Positions 26,160 to 35,194 of a stretch of 64,000 nt of DNA are shown in pieces. The notes beneath the pieces were generated by a model. The model did no database searches. It was not told the origin of the DNA and was given only the letters and a program-made list of their open reading frames with translations. Position 1 is the stretch's first letter; every line of letters starts with the position of its first letter. A program made the translations under genes and the position numbers. The DNA comes from Bacteroidales bacterium (lineage in GTDB: Bacteria > Bacteroidota > Bacteroidia > Bacteroidales > VadinHA17): positions 2,959,602-3,023,601 of the forward strand of contig OY764960.1 of NCBI GenBank assembly GCA_963668715.1, written 5' to 3'.

Positions 26160-27437
26160 TTACTTAAATGTTATTTTATATATATCCTCCTTACCAAAAC
26201 CTTTTCCTTCCCTGAGCACTGAAATATAACCTGTACTTCCGTCCCCTACAGGCATAAAGAAATAGTCGTCATCCGAACTGTTGAGGGGGTAACCCAGGTT
26301 TTCCGGTTTTGACCATTTCCCGTTATCAAGCATGTCAGACCTGAAGAGGTCAAATCCACCCATATTATAATGACCCTGTGAGCAGAAAAACAGTTGCTTC
26401 CCGTTATTAACAAGAAAAGCCCTGTCTTCATTAAACGGTGTATTTATTTCAGGCCCCAGATTAATTGCTTTTCCCCATTCCCCTTTCTCGTTCCTGTAAC
26501 ATACATACAGATCAAGACCTCCCATTCCTCCTGGTCTGTCGGATGAAAAGATCATTGCTGACCCGTCGTCAGAAACAGTAGCATGAGATTCCCAGTAGTT
26601 TGTATTTATATTTCCGGATAGAGGCTCTGCAGCCGACCATTTAATGCCGTCGTAGCGGCTTAGATATATGTCGCTTTGGTCATTATTGTCTTTCGACATA
26701 TAAAGTGTGTTACCATTATCGGCAAGGCAGGATATATAAAGGTCACCGTCGGATTTCAGATCAGGGGTGATATTAACAGGAGGGCTCCATCTTCCTTTCT
26801 CCCTGAACGAAAAAAAGACGGCATCGTAAAACTTGAGAGAAGACATATACACAAACCGTAGTCCGTCGGCTGATATCACAGGATTAAAGTTACTGTTTGA
26901 GTCGTTAAACTGTTCCCCGATATTTTCCTCATCATATTTTACGGGTTTGCTCATCAGGTTTTTAGCATTATCGCAGACATCGATCTGATGTTCAATGAAC
27001 AATATATTATCGGTGTCATCATCGAGTAATGTTTCCCTGTATTTCTTATATGCTTCTTTGGCTTTGTCGAACTGGTAGTTTATTCTGTATGCGTTACCCA
27101 GGAAATACCAGGCCGTATAGGGTGAGGTTGCCTGACGCAGCGACCCTTCCTTATACGATGCGCCGGAGTATTTTGCAGCATCTTCAAGATACTCTATAGC
27201 TTTGTTTTTTTGTCCGGCTATTCCCATGTAACATATTCCAATCCTGTAGGAAAGGTTATGATTATCCGGATAGGCTTTAAATAGTTCCAGATAGTAAGGC
27301 AGAGCATCGGTATAATCTTCAAACATAAGAAAGTACTCAGCTTCCAGAAATGTTTCCTGATCTTTCTTAAAATTCTGGGAGTAAATGTTACTGCCAATGA
27401 TTGTAAAAAGAATCAGACTTGTTAATATTCGAGTCAT
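26160..27437 (-). CDS. TPR + TolB-like PD40 beta-propeller protein (paralog B, no C-terminal extension)
   Basis: Signal peptide, TPR-like region (YRIGICYMGIAGQKNKAIEYLE) and PD40 blades (YWESHATVSDDGSAMIFSSDRPGGMGGLDLY, FFCSQGHYNMGGFDLFRS). The gap to paralog C is 7 nt. Confidence 0.7.
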   Translation of the reverse strand: MTRILTSLILFTIIGSNIYSQNFKKDQETFLEAEYFLMFEDYTDALPYYLELFKAYPDNHNLSYRIGICYMGIAGQKNKAIEYLEDAAKYSGASYKEGSLRQATSPYTAWYFLGNAYRINYQFDKAKEAYKKYRETLLDDDTDNILFIEHQIDVCDNAKNLMSKPVKYDEENIGEQFNDSNSNFNPVISADGLRFVYMSSLKFYDAVFFSFREKGRWSPPVNITPDLKSDGDLYISCLADNGNTLYMSKDNNDQSDIYLSRYDGIKWSAAEPLSGNINTNYWESHATVSDDGSAMIFSSDRPGGMGGLDLYVCYRNEKGEWGKAINLGPEINTPFNEDRAFLVNNGKQLFFCSQGHYNMGGFDLFRSDMLDNGKWSKPENLGYPLNSSDDDYFFMPVGDGSTGYISVLREGKGFGKEDIYKITFK

Positions 27438-27534
27438 ATCCCGGGAGATTTGATTATAACAAAAATATTAAATTAATAAGAATATAAAAACCTGAATTAA
27501 TATATATAAAGCCAGACATTCATATTGTTATTAT

Positions 27535-30036
27535 TTAATCATTTTTTTTCTTTTTTTTTCCGGCTCCGAAAATTATTACAGTAACAGCCACTCCTCCCAG
27601 GATTATCCACAGAACCCACAGCTTTCTTCCTTTACCGGACTGGATATAGTCAACAATTTCTTCTGCCGTCTTATCGGTAGCGTTTATTATTTTCGAGAAT
27701 GCTTCAAATACTTCGTCCTTTGTATAGCCAAGCCTGTCTGTATTGCTTAGGAGGTAGCTGATTATTTCCTCGGGGCTGTGTTTTTTAAGTTCATCGAGAT
27801 CTATCTTTTCCAGTGATGCTTTCAGGTTATGATCTGCATACTGTACAAGCCTGTCCAGATATTCTTCGGCGCTGTTTCCAGACTCGGCAGACATAGCAGC
27901 GATAAGCTTTGTAAGAAGTTCTTTTTCAGCACCGTCCTCTATTGCCACCGAATACAATGATTCAAGCCATTCTCCTGCTTTCTTGATCTGTTTTTCATTT
28001 GTTTTCAGAATAGCTTCTTTAATTGTATTATCTGTTTCACTTACTTCAGTTATGATCTGACCCATGCGGTCGATAGATTCAGTCTCTTTTGTCTGAGTTG
28101 CCTTAAGACTGTCAAGAGCTCTCTGTTGAGCAAGCAGTACCTGTGGATCGGGTTCAGTAACCGGTTCTGTAATCTCCGGCTTAATTTCAGGTTCACTGGC
28201 AAGGAACTCAAAATCTTTTATAGTGACATTGTTGAACCGGTCCCTGATAGTAAATTTAAGTTTGTTATCACCTGTGACTGCTTCAGTTTTATAGTTAAAT
28301 GACGGTTCGTTAATATAGAATTCTTCTGTTTTAATCAGGCTGTCGCCCTGCCAGTGTTCAACGGTCAGTATTGAATTGGGTTCAAGTGTAAGGTCAAACA
28401 TGGCAGTATCACCCCGGCTGTATATAAGTGAGTCGAATACAACCGGTATTTCTATTTCAGCAATGAAGTCTGTTTTATGTAGTTGTTCTTCAGGCATCAG
28501 AATGCTGTCGGAGGGGTGTATCAGATCTATTCTCAGGTCTTTTTCAATTTTTTCGGAACCATCAGACTGATATACAACTTTATAATCCCCTTGTGGTATT
28601 TCGAACTCATACCGGCCGGTACGGGGATCAGAGTATACAGCTACCAGTGTATCCATGTTAGACTTTTCGAGTGCATAAATTTTCACGCTGTCGCTGTACT
28701 GGCTTAAAAGGTCCTTAAGTTTTACCATTCCTCTGACATAGAATTTTCTCGGATGTTCTTCGGAGAATACTTCCACCCTGTAAATATCCTCCATCCCAAA
28801 ACCATTAGGGTCAAACATTGAAACATATGCCAGATATCCCTCGCCTACAGGTGAGAAAAACACATCATCATCAGTAGTATTAACCGGGTATCCCATATTG
28901 ACAGGGACAGACCACTGGCCGTTTTCCATTTTTGTTGAATAGAAAATATCATGGCCTCCCATGTTAAAGTGCCCTCTGGAGCTAAAGAACAGAACGTTGT
29001 CGCTGCTGCCGAGGAAAGGTGTCTCTTCGTTAAACGGCGTATTGATAACAGGCCCCATGTTCACGGCCGGTCCCCAGTTGTCCAGGCTGTCTTTTTCGGA
29101 TACATAAATATCCAGCCCGCCGTAGCTGTCTTTACGGTTGCTTGTAAAGTAAAGTTTCTTGCCGTCGTTTGAGATGCATGCATGCGATTCCCAGTATTTG
29201 GTGTTTATGTTTTCGTTAAGTTTTTCAGCCGGCGTCCATCGTCCGTCAACGTAGTTACTGACGTAAATATTTCCGTCATAGCCGTCGTCCCTGTAGATAT
29301 ACAACTCTGTTCCGTCATGTGACAGGCACGTTGAATAACCGTCGTCAATCAGCAACTCTTCCTGTATCTGTACGGGAGGAGACCATACCGAATCAACTTT
29401 TTTTGAATAGAATATACCTTCATAAAAGGGCAATTCCCGTGTAAACACTATTGTTTTTTCATCGGCTGATACTACCGGACTGACATCTGATCTCTGGTCG
29501 TTTATAAATTCCCCCTGGTTCTCACGCTTGAGGTAAAGGGGGGTTTTCATAAGCTCTTTTGCATTTCTGCAGGCTTCAATTTGCAGCTTTACGATTGTTG
29601 AATCATACATTTTATGATCCATGCCCCTGTAGAAGGAACCGTATGTTTCAATTGCCTTATCCAGTTGGTTTGTTATTCTGTATGCTGTTGCGAGGTAGAA
29701 CAGGGCATCATAGGGGGCCTCTGTTTCTTTGAAACGGCCTTCCTTGTATTTCAGGTTAATATGTTGAACAGCACCCTGCAGATATGGTAATGCTTTTTCT
29801 TTTTCTCCCGGTGTATTAAGATAGCAGACCCCGATCCTGTATTTATAGTTATAGTTTTCAGGGTAGATATCCAGCAGATCCAGGTAAAGAGGGAGCGCTT
29901 CGGGGTATTCCTCGAACAACATCCAGGACTCGGCCTCAAAAAACATATCCTTGATTTCCCTCCTGCTTTGCGCTGATATTGTAGCTGAACTTAATAATAG
30001 GGCAATCAGTAGGAGTTTAATAGCCTGTCTGTTCAT
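27535..30036 (-). CDS. TPR + TolB-like PD40 beta-propeller + Ig-like/helical extension + C-terminal TM tail anchor (paralog A)
   Basis: Signal peptide and the same TPR/PD40 core (YWESHACISNDGKKLYFTSNRKDSYGGLDIY, FFSSRGHFNMGGHDIFYS). A ~400-aa extension ends in LWVLWIILGGVAVTVIIFGAGKKKKKND. Confidence 0.7.
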   Translation of the reverse strand: MNRQAIKLLLIALLLSSATISAQSRREIKDMFFEAESWMLFEEYPEALPLYLDLLDIYPENYNYKYRIGVCYLNTPGEKEKALPYLQGAVQHINLKYKEGRFKETEAPYDALFYLATAYRITNQLDKAIETYGSFYRGMDHKMYDSTIVKLQIEACRNAKELMKTPLYLKRENQGEFINDQRSDVSPVVSADEKTIVFTRELPFYEGIFYSKKVDSVWSPPVQIQEELLIDDGYSTCLSHDGTELYIYRDDGYDGNIYVSNYVDGRWTPAEKLNENINTKYWESHACISNDGKKLYFTSNRKDSYGGLDIYVSEKDSLDNWGPAVNMGPVINTPFNEETPFLGSSDNVLFFSSRGHFNMGGHDIFYSTKMENGQWSVPVNMGYPVNTTDDDVFFSPVGEGYLAYVSMFDPNGFGMEDIYRVEVFSEEHPRKFYVRGMVKLKDLLSQYSDSVKIYALEKSNMDTLVAVYSDPRTGRYEFEIPQGDYKVVYQSDGSEKIEKDLRIDLIHPSDSILMPEEQLHKTDFIAEIEIPVVFDSLIYSRGDTAMFDLTLEPNSILTVEHWQGDSLIKTEEFYINEPSFNYKTEAVTGDNKLKFTIRDRFNNVTIKDFEFLASEPEIKPEITEPVTEPDPQVLLAQQRALDSLKATQTKETESIDRMGQIITEVSETDNTIKEAILKTNEKQIKKAGEWLESLYSVAIEDGAEKELLTKLIAAMSAESGNSAEEYLDRLVQYADHNLKASLEKIDLDELKKHSPEEIISYLLSNTDRLGYTKDEVFEAFSKIINATDKTAEEIVDYIQSGKGRKLWVLWIILGGVAVTVIIFGAGKKKKKND

Positions 30037-30085
30037 CTGCGTTAGGTTTCATTTTCCCAAAACTACTAAATATTAAGAGAATTAT

Positions 30086-30119
30086 AAAAAAAAATGGGTC
30101 AAGAAAAATTCGACCCATT
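30086..30119 (-). terminator. Rho-independent terminator downstream of the E2 acyltransferase gene
   Basis: The minus strand reads AATGGGTCgaatttttcttGACCCATT followed by a T9 run. Confidence 0.7.
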
Positions 30120-30143
30120 ATTTGTTTTTTCATGGGCTACAGG

Positions 30144-31475
30144 TTAAAGTGCCAGGTCCTGTATTGATTTGTTCTGCACAAATCCTTCCAGGTTCTCCTT
30201 TAATACTTTAAGAAATAATCCGCCCAGCGCCCCGTCAATTACACGATGGTCATAGCTTAGCGAAAGGTATACAATGGTACGGATACCTATGAGATCGCCT
30301 GAGGGGGATTCAATTACTACCGGCATTTTTCTTGCGGCACCGATACCAAGAATTGCTGCCTGCGGCTGATTGATAATGGGTGATCCCATAAGAGTGCCGG
30401 CAGTACCATAATTAGTTACCGAGAATGTTCCACCCGTTATTTCCTCCGGCTTCAGCTTATTGTTTCTGGCTCTTACGGCAAGGTCATTTACCTCGCGGGC
30501 AAGCCCCAGGATGCTTTTCTCATCAGCCTTTTTTATGACCGGTACGATGAGGTTGCCTCCGGGCAGAGCTGTTGCCATTCCTATGTTTATATTTTTCTTC
30601 TTTATTATTCTGTCTCCGTCTACTGAAACATTGATCATGGGTACCTGTCTGACAGCACGTGCCGTAGCTTCAATAAATATCGGGGTAAGCGTGAGTTTTA
30701 TCCCTTCGCGGTCATGGAATTTATCCTTTACTTTTTCTCTCCATTTGACTATATCGGTAATATCCACATCAATATATGATGTAACGTGAGGTGATGTATG
30801 TTTGGATCTGACCATATGTTCGGCAATAATTTTGCGCACACGGTCCATCTCAATGATCTCATCTCCTTCAGCAGTCATTGGCGGAGCCTCAGATACGGCT
30901 GTTTTTGCTACGGACTTATCCTCAACTTCCTCCCTTACCGGTTTAGCCTGGCTATAACGCGATGCTATGTAGCTCAGCACATCATCCTTTGTTATTCTTC
31001 CATCCATCCCCGTCCCTTTGACCTTATCCAGTTCATTATAACTCAGGTTCTCTGTTTCTGCTATCTTCCTGACCAACGGGGACAGGAATTTATCGCCTGG
31101 CGTTCTGCTTTTTAGTCCTTCGGCTGTTTTTTTCTCTTCATCCTTTTGTGTAATGAAAGCAGAGGATGCTTTTTTTACTTCTCTGAAATCCTTTTCAACC
31201 TCCGGTGCCGATTTCTCAGATGATGTTTCGAGTGAATCACTCTCAATATAAGCCAGTACATCGCCCACCTTTGGAATATCGCCTTCTTTAAAGGCTATAT
31301 CCCTAAGTATTCCTGAGGCCGGAGCAGGTATTTCAGTATCTACCTTATCAGTTGCCACTTCCACCACCGGGTCGTCTTCTTCGACCTTGCTTCCTTCACT
31401 GATAAGCCATTTGGTTATAGTTGCTTCGATCACACCTTCACCCATTGCCGGTAAAAAAATCTCGATTTTTCCCAT
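30144..31475 (-). CDS. 2-oxoacid dehydrogenase complex E2 component (dihydrolipoamide acyltransferase)
   Basis: Lipoyl domain with VATDKVDTEIPAP, a peripheral subunit-binding segment and the catalytic motif SYDHRVIDGA. Confidence 0.85.
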   Translation of the reverse strand: MGKIEIFLPAMGEGVIEATITKWLISEGSKVEEDDPVVEVATDKVDTEIPAPASGILRDIAFKEGDIPKVGDVLAYIESDSLETSSEKSAPEVEKDFREVKKASSAFITQKDEEKKTAEGLKSRTPGDKFLSPLVRKIAETENLSYNELDKVKGTGMDGRITKDDVLSYIASRYSQAKPVREEVEDKSVAKTAVSEAPPMTAEGDEIIEMDRVRKIIAEHMVRSKHTSPHVTSYIDVDITDIVKWREKVKDKFHDREGIKLTLTPIFIEATARAVRQVPMINVSVDGDRIIKKKNINIGMATALPGGNLIVPVIKKADEKSILGLAREVNDLAVRARNNKLKPEEITGGTFSVTNYGTAGTLMGSPIINQPQAAILGIGAARKMPVVIESPSGDLIGIRTIVYLSLSYDHRVIDGALGGLFLKVLKENLEGFVQNKSIQDLAL

Positions 31476-31528
31476 TTTACGTATTAAATTCAGTGTCTAA
31501 ATATAAAACAAATAAAAAAGAAAATGTT

Positions 31529-33136
31529 TCAATAAATTCTACCTACTTCCAATGAATATATCTCGCCCTTGAGAAGTTTTGAATTGCTCCCGATCACATA
31601 TTCGGATTCTGTTCGGGCAATTTTCTTCAATACCGGCGATTCGGCCAGTTTTTTCATAGTCTCTATTATCTCTCCTGTACTTAGATCGTTTGAGCTGAAA
31701 ATAATCTCGTCAATACTATTGATCCTTATAACCTCATCAATATTTCCGGGGTTACCCAGCGTGTCGGGTCCGGCTTCAGTATTGGACGGGCTTACGCGGC
31801 CTGAAATATTATAAGCCTCATTACAGGATTCAATGATCCTTTTTATTTTTATATATTCGTCTTCTTTGCTGATAATCAATACGTTCCTGGGTCTCTTACT
31901 TATTCCTTTTACATCTGCCCATCCTGTTATTCCTGCAATAGCACGTATAGCTGTTGATAGCAGGAGTGCCATAACCGTACCAAGCATTATAAGGGCTCTC
32001 GAGAATCTCAATTCAAGAGGGAGCAAGGCATAAATAACAAGAATGAGAACCGATCCTGTAAATATACCTTTGTAAGCGGCAGGGATGCTTAGCGGTTTAT
32101 TGTATCCTTTGAAAAGAGCTGTAGCAACTATCCATACCAGTGTATAAACCGGAAGGATGATATGCCTCAGTACCGGGGGATAGTCATATTCAGTATTAAA
32201 TGAATATGTTTCCCAGAATCCTGTAAGCATCAGATATGATAATAAATATGCAGTATATTCAATAACCGGCAATATGGTTTTCCTTATTACAGATATTATA
32301 TAAGACAGGGAAGCCCTTAAAAAGATGGCAATATTCATAATCCAGATCAGCAGTTTGATATTCTTCCCTGAAAAATGTTTCCGGATGAATATCATCATTG
32401 CCCTGTAGAAGTGGATTACGTAATTCAGGGTTCCTTTACTGGTGCTCTCTCCTTTATAGTGTATAATAGAAGGTTCGGGAAGGTAATAGATGCTGTAGCC
32501 TTCTTTTAGTATTCTGTAACTCAGATCTATATCTTCGCCATACATAAAGAATGACTCATCAAAGAATCCGACCTTGTCAAGTATTTCTTTACGTGTAAAA
32601 AAGAAGGCCCCCGTTAATACCTCAATTTTCTGAATAACATCTTCCGACAGGTTACCAAGGTAATATTTGTTAAACCTGCCTGAATGAGGGAAGACCCTGC
32701 TGATTCCGAAAATTTTGTAAAAAGCGGTTGCCGGATCGGGAAGGGCTCTTTTTGATTCGGGCAGGAATCTGCCTTTCCCGTCAATCATTTTTACGCCTGC
32801 CGCACCTGCGTCAGGATGTTCCTCCATAAAATCCACACACTGGCGAATAGTCGATTCTTCTATAACAGTATCGGGATTGAGCAACAGTATATACCGTCCT
32901 TTAGCGATCTTCAATGCCTTATTATTGGCTGCTCCAAAGCCTATATTCTCCCTGTTGACTATAAGCTTAACCTCAGGGAATTTTCTTTTTATCAGCGATA
33001 CGGAGCCGTCGGTTGAGTTGTTGTCTACGACAATAACTTCATGATCAATATCTTCCAACGCCCTGAATACTGAAACAAGGCATTGTTCCAGGAAATGTCT
33101 TACATTATAGTTTACTATAATTACCGATATTCCCAT
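31529..33136 (-). CDS. Family 2 glycosyltransferase fused to a multi-TM region and a C-terminal Rossmann-like module
   Basis: N-terminus ISVIIVNYNVRHFLEQC...VVDNNSTDGS...NPDT (GT2). Several hydrophobic helices span about aa 240-400. The C-terminus is RNVLIISKEDEYIKIK...IDEIIFSS. Confidence 0.7.
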   Translation of the reverse strand: MGISVIIVNYNVRHFLEQCLVSVFRALEDIDHEVIVVDNNSTDGSVSLIKRKFPEVKLIVNRENIGFGAANNKALKIAKGRYILLLNPDTVIEESTIRQCVDFMEEHPDAGAAGVKMIDGKGRFLPESKRALPDPATAFYKIFGISRVFPHSGRFNKYYLGNLSEDVIQKIEVLTGAFFFTRKEILDKVGFFDESFFMYGEDIDLSYRILKEGYSIYYLPEPSIIHYKGESTSKGTLNYVIHFYRAMMIFIRKHFSGKNIKLLIWIMNIAIFLRASLSYIISVIRKTILPVIEYTAYLLSYLMLTGFWETYSFNTEYDYPPVLRHIILPVYTLVWIVATALFKGYNKPLSIPAAYKGIFTGSVLILVIYALLPLELRFSRALIMLGTVMALLLSTAIRAIAGITGWADVKGISKRPRNVLIISKEDEYIKIKRIIESCNEAYNISGRVSPSNTEAGPDTLGNPGNIDEVIRINSIDEIIFSSNDLSTGEIIETMKKLAESPVLKKIARTESEYVIGSNSKLLKGEIYSLEVGRIY

Positions 33137-33152
33137 TATAACCGCCTCATTA

Positions 33153-34361
33153 TTATTTTATGAATCCGGATATTACATCCGACAGTCGCCTGACGCCCCT
33201 GGTGATTTCGTCCTTGTCGCAATATGAAAAATTGATTCTCATGGTATTTTTTCCGCAATCATTGCAGTAAAAAACCGAGCCTTTTACAAATGCCACGTTA
33301 TTTTCTACAGCTTTTTCGAACACTTCATCGGCATCTATTTCTTCAGGCAGTGTAAGGAAAAGGAACAATCCTCCTTCAGGCCTTGTCCATTTGACGCCTT
33401 CCGGCATGTATTTTTTGAAGGCTTCCAGCATGTGATCCCGGCGTGCCTTATAGAGCCTTATGGTATTAATAAGATTTTTTTCCAGCAGCCCTCTCTTCAT
33501 ATATTCGGCTATGATCTTTTGCACGAGAACAGGTGAGCAGATATCAGCCGACTGTTTGGCCATAATGAATTTATTTATTATTTCGGGGCTGGCTATCAGC
33601 CAGGCGATCCTGAAGCCCGGGGCAAGAATCTTTGAAAAGGTGAACAGAGTGATAACCCTTCCGTCATTGTCAAGCTCATAAATGAGTTTCATGGCCTTTC
33701 CTTCAAAACGAATATCCCTGTAAGGGCTGTCCTCAACAACCAGCACGTCGTATTCAGATGCCAGTTGCAGTATTTCAGTCCTTCGGGATTCAGGCATAGT
33801 GATTCCTGCAGGGTTCTGGAAATCCGGAATGGTATAAATGAATTTTACCTTTTTATTACTGTCTCTGAGATCCCTGAGTGTTTTTTCCATCTCATCGGGC
33901 CTCATTCCGTTCTCATCGAACCTGATCCCGTGCATTTCAGCCCCATATACATTAAAAGAGGAAATTCCCCCGAGATAAGAGGGTAATCCGCAAATAATAC
34001 AATCACCGGGATCAATGAACAGTTTTGATAATATATCAAGGGCCTGCTGTGACCCGGTACTTATGGCAAGATTTTCATTCCCGACCTTAAGCCCCTGTTC
34101 ACTGTGTCTTTTTATGATCATTTCCCTGAGTTCTGCAACGCCTTCCGTTGTTCCATACTGAAGAGCTGAGGCGCCATCGGTATCAAGTATCATGTCTGTA
34201 ATTTCTTTTACTTCAGCTACCGGAAAAGAGTCAGGTGAAGGTAATCCGCCTGCAAAGGAAATCATTTCAGGATTCTGCAACAGTTTTAATATTTCCCTTA
34301 TTGCCGAACGTTTCATTGCTTTGGCTGAGCGCGAAAGCTTACTGTCGATATCATGTAACAT
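33153..34361 (-). CDS. PLP-dependent aminotransferase (class I/II, 2-aminoadipate/MocR-like catalytic domain)
   Basis: ISFAGGLPSP..., TGSQQALD, TFSKILAPGFRIAW (PLP lysine motif), 402 aa. Confidence 0.8.
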   Translation of the reverse strand: MLHDIDSKLSRSAKAMKRSAIREILKLLQNPEMISFAGGLPSPDSFPVAEVKEITDMILDTDGASALQYGTTEGVAELREMIIKRHSEQGLKVGNENLAISTGSQQALDILSKLFIDPGDCIICGLPSYLGGISSFNVYGAEMHGIRFDENGMRPDEMEKTLRDLRDSNKKVKFIYTIPDFQNPAGITMPESRRTEILQLASEYDVLVVEDSPYRDIRFEGKAMKLIYELDNDGRVITLFTFSKILAPGFRIAWLIASPEIINKFIMAKQSADICSPVLVQKIIAEYMKRGLLEKNLINTIRLYKARRDHMLEAFKKYMPEGVKWTRPEGGLFLFLTLPEEIDADEVFEKAVENNVAFVKGSVFYCNDCGKNTMRINFSYCDKDEITRGVRRLSDVISGFIK

Positions 34362-34409
34362 TTTGAATATATTTTAGGTTATTAATTGGGTATCTTTTTT
34401 CTCCTTCGC

Positions 34410-34465
34410 CTTTAGTCTTTTGTCTTTAGTCTTTAGTCTTTTGTCTTTAGTCTTTAGTCTTTTGT
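34410..34465. repeat. Tandem 7-nt word array (CTTTAGT/CTTTTGT x8), word family A
   Basis: Read directly: ctttagt cttttgt ctttagt ctttagt cttttgt ctttagt ctttagt cttttgt. A degenerate cttcttc unit follows. Confidence 0.9.
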
Positions 34466-34476
34466 CTTCTTCTACA

Positions 34477-35097
34477 TCATTCCCCGCTATCAAAAGGCGT
34501 CCTGTTGACTATTGACCTGCCCAGGGTTACCTCATCAGTATATTCAAGCTCGTCTCCAACAGCCACTCCCCTTGAAAGAGATGTGATCTTTATATTATAT
34601 GGTAATAATCTGCGGTAAATATAATAGTTGGTCGTATCTCCTTCCATAGTGGTGCTTAATGCGAATATGACCTCATCGACCCCCCTTTTTTTTACTTTGT
34701 CCTCAAGCTGATCGATATTAAGGTCGGAAGGACCAATGCCATCCATAGGAGAAATTATCCCGCCAAGGACATGATACAGACCTCTGTATTGTCCTGTATT
34801 TTCAACTGCTATAACGTCTCTGATGTTTTCTACAACACATATTGTTGCTTTGTCCCTGGATCTGTCACTACATATATCGCATACTTCGTTATCAGAAATA
34901 TTAAAACATATTTTACAGTATTTGATCTCTTTCTTAAGCTTTATGATACTTTCCCCGAATCTTTCTACGTCGGAATCTTTCTGTCTGAGTAAATGCATTA
35001 CCAGTCTGAATGCTGTTTTTTTGCCTACTCCCGGCAGGGATGCAAATTCATTTACAGCACTTTCAAGAAGTTTTGATGGATAATCTGAAAAAGTCAT
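34477..35097 (-). CDS. recR: Recombination protein RecR
   Basis: HhH N-terminus ([12 protein letters not shown]), C4 zinc finger [18 protein letters not shown], Toprim region, 206 aa. Confidence 0.9.
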   Translation of the reverse strand: MTFSDYPSKLLESAVNEFASLPGVGKKTAFRLVMHLLRQKDSDVERFGESIIKLKKEIKYCKICFNISDNEVCDICSDRSRDKATICVVENIRDVIAVENTGQYRGLYHVLGGIISPMDGIGPSDLNIDQLEDKVKKRGVDEVIFALSTTMEGDTTNYYIYRRLLPYNIKITSLSRGVAVGDELEYTDEVTLGRSIVNRTPFDSGE

Positions 35098-35194
35098 ATG
35101 TTTCTATACTGTAATTGATAAAATTAACATATTAAATTAATAATTATTATTTTTTCTCTCTCCTGTTTTTATTATCCTTACCAAAAAAAATAAT

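Noticed and set aside
30144-31475. Orphan E2 acyltransferase with no E1 or E3 genes nearby, considered as an anomaly
   Set aside because: E1 and E3 may be encoded elsewhere in the genome. The window alone cannot show the gene is unusual, and the gene itself looks intact and ordinary.
34410-34465. Possible CRISPR-like arrays at the word-repeat loci (also 12822, 37819, 46242, 48445)
   Set aside because: The units are 7-11 nt and directly tandem with no unique spacers. No cas genes or leader are present. The geometry is incompatible with CRISPR.
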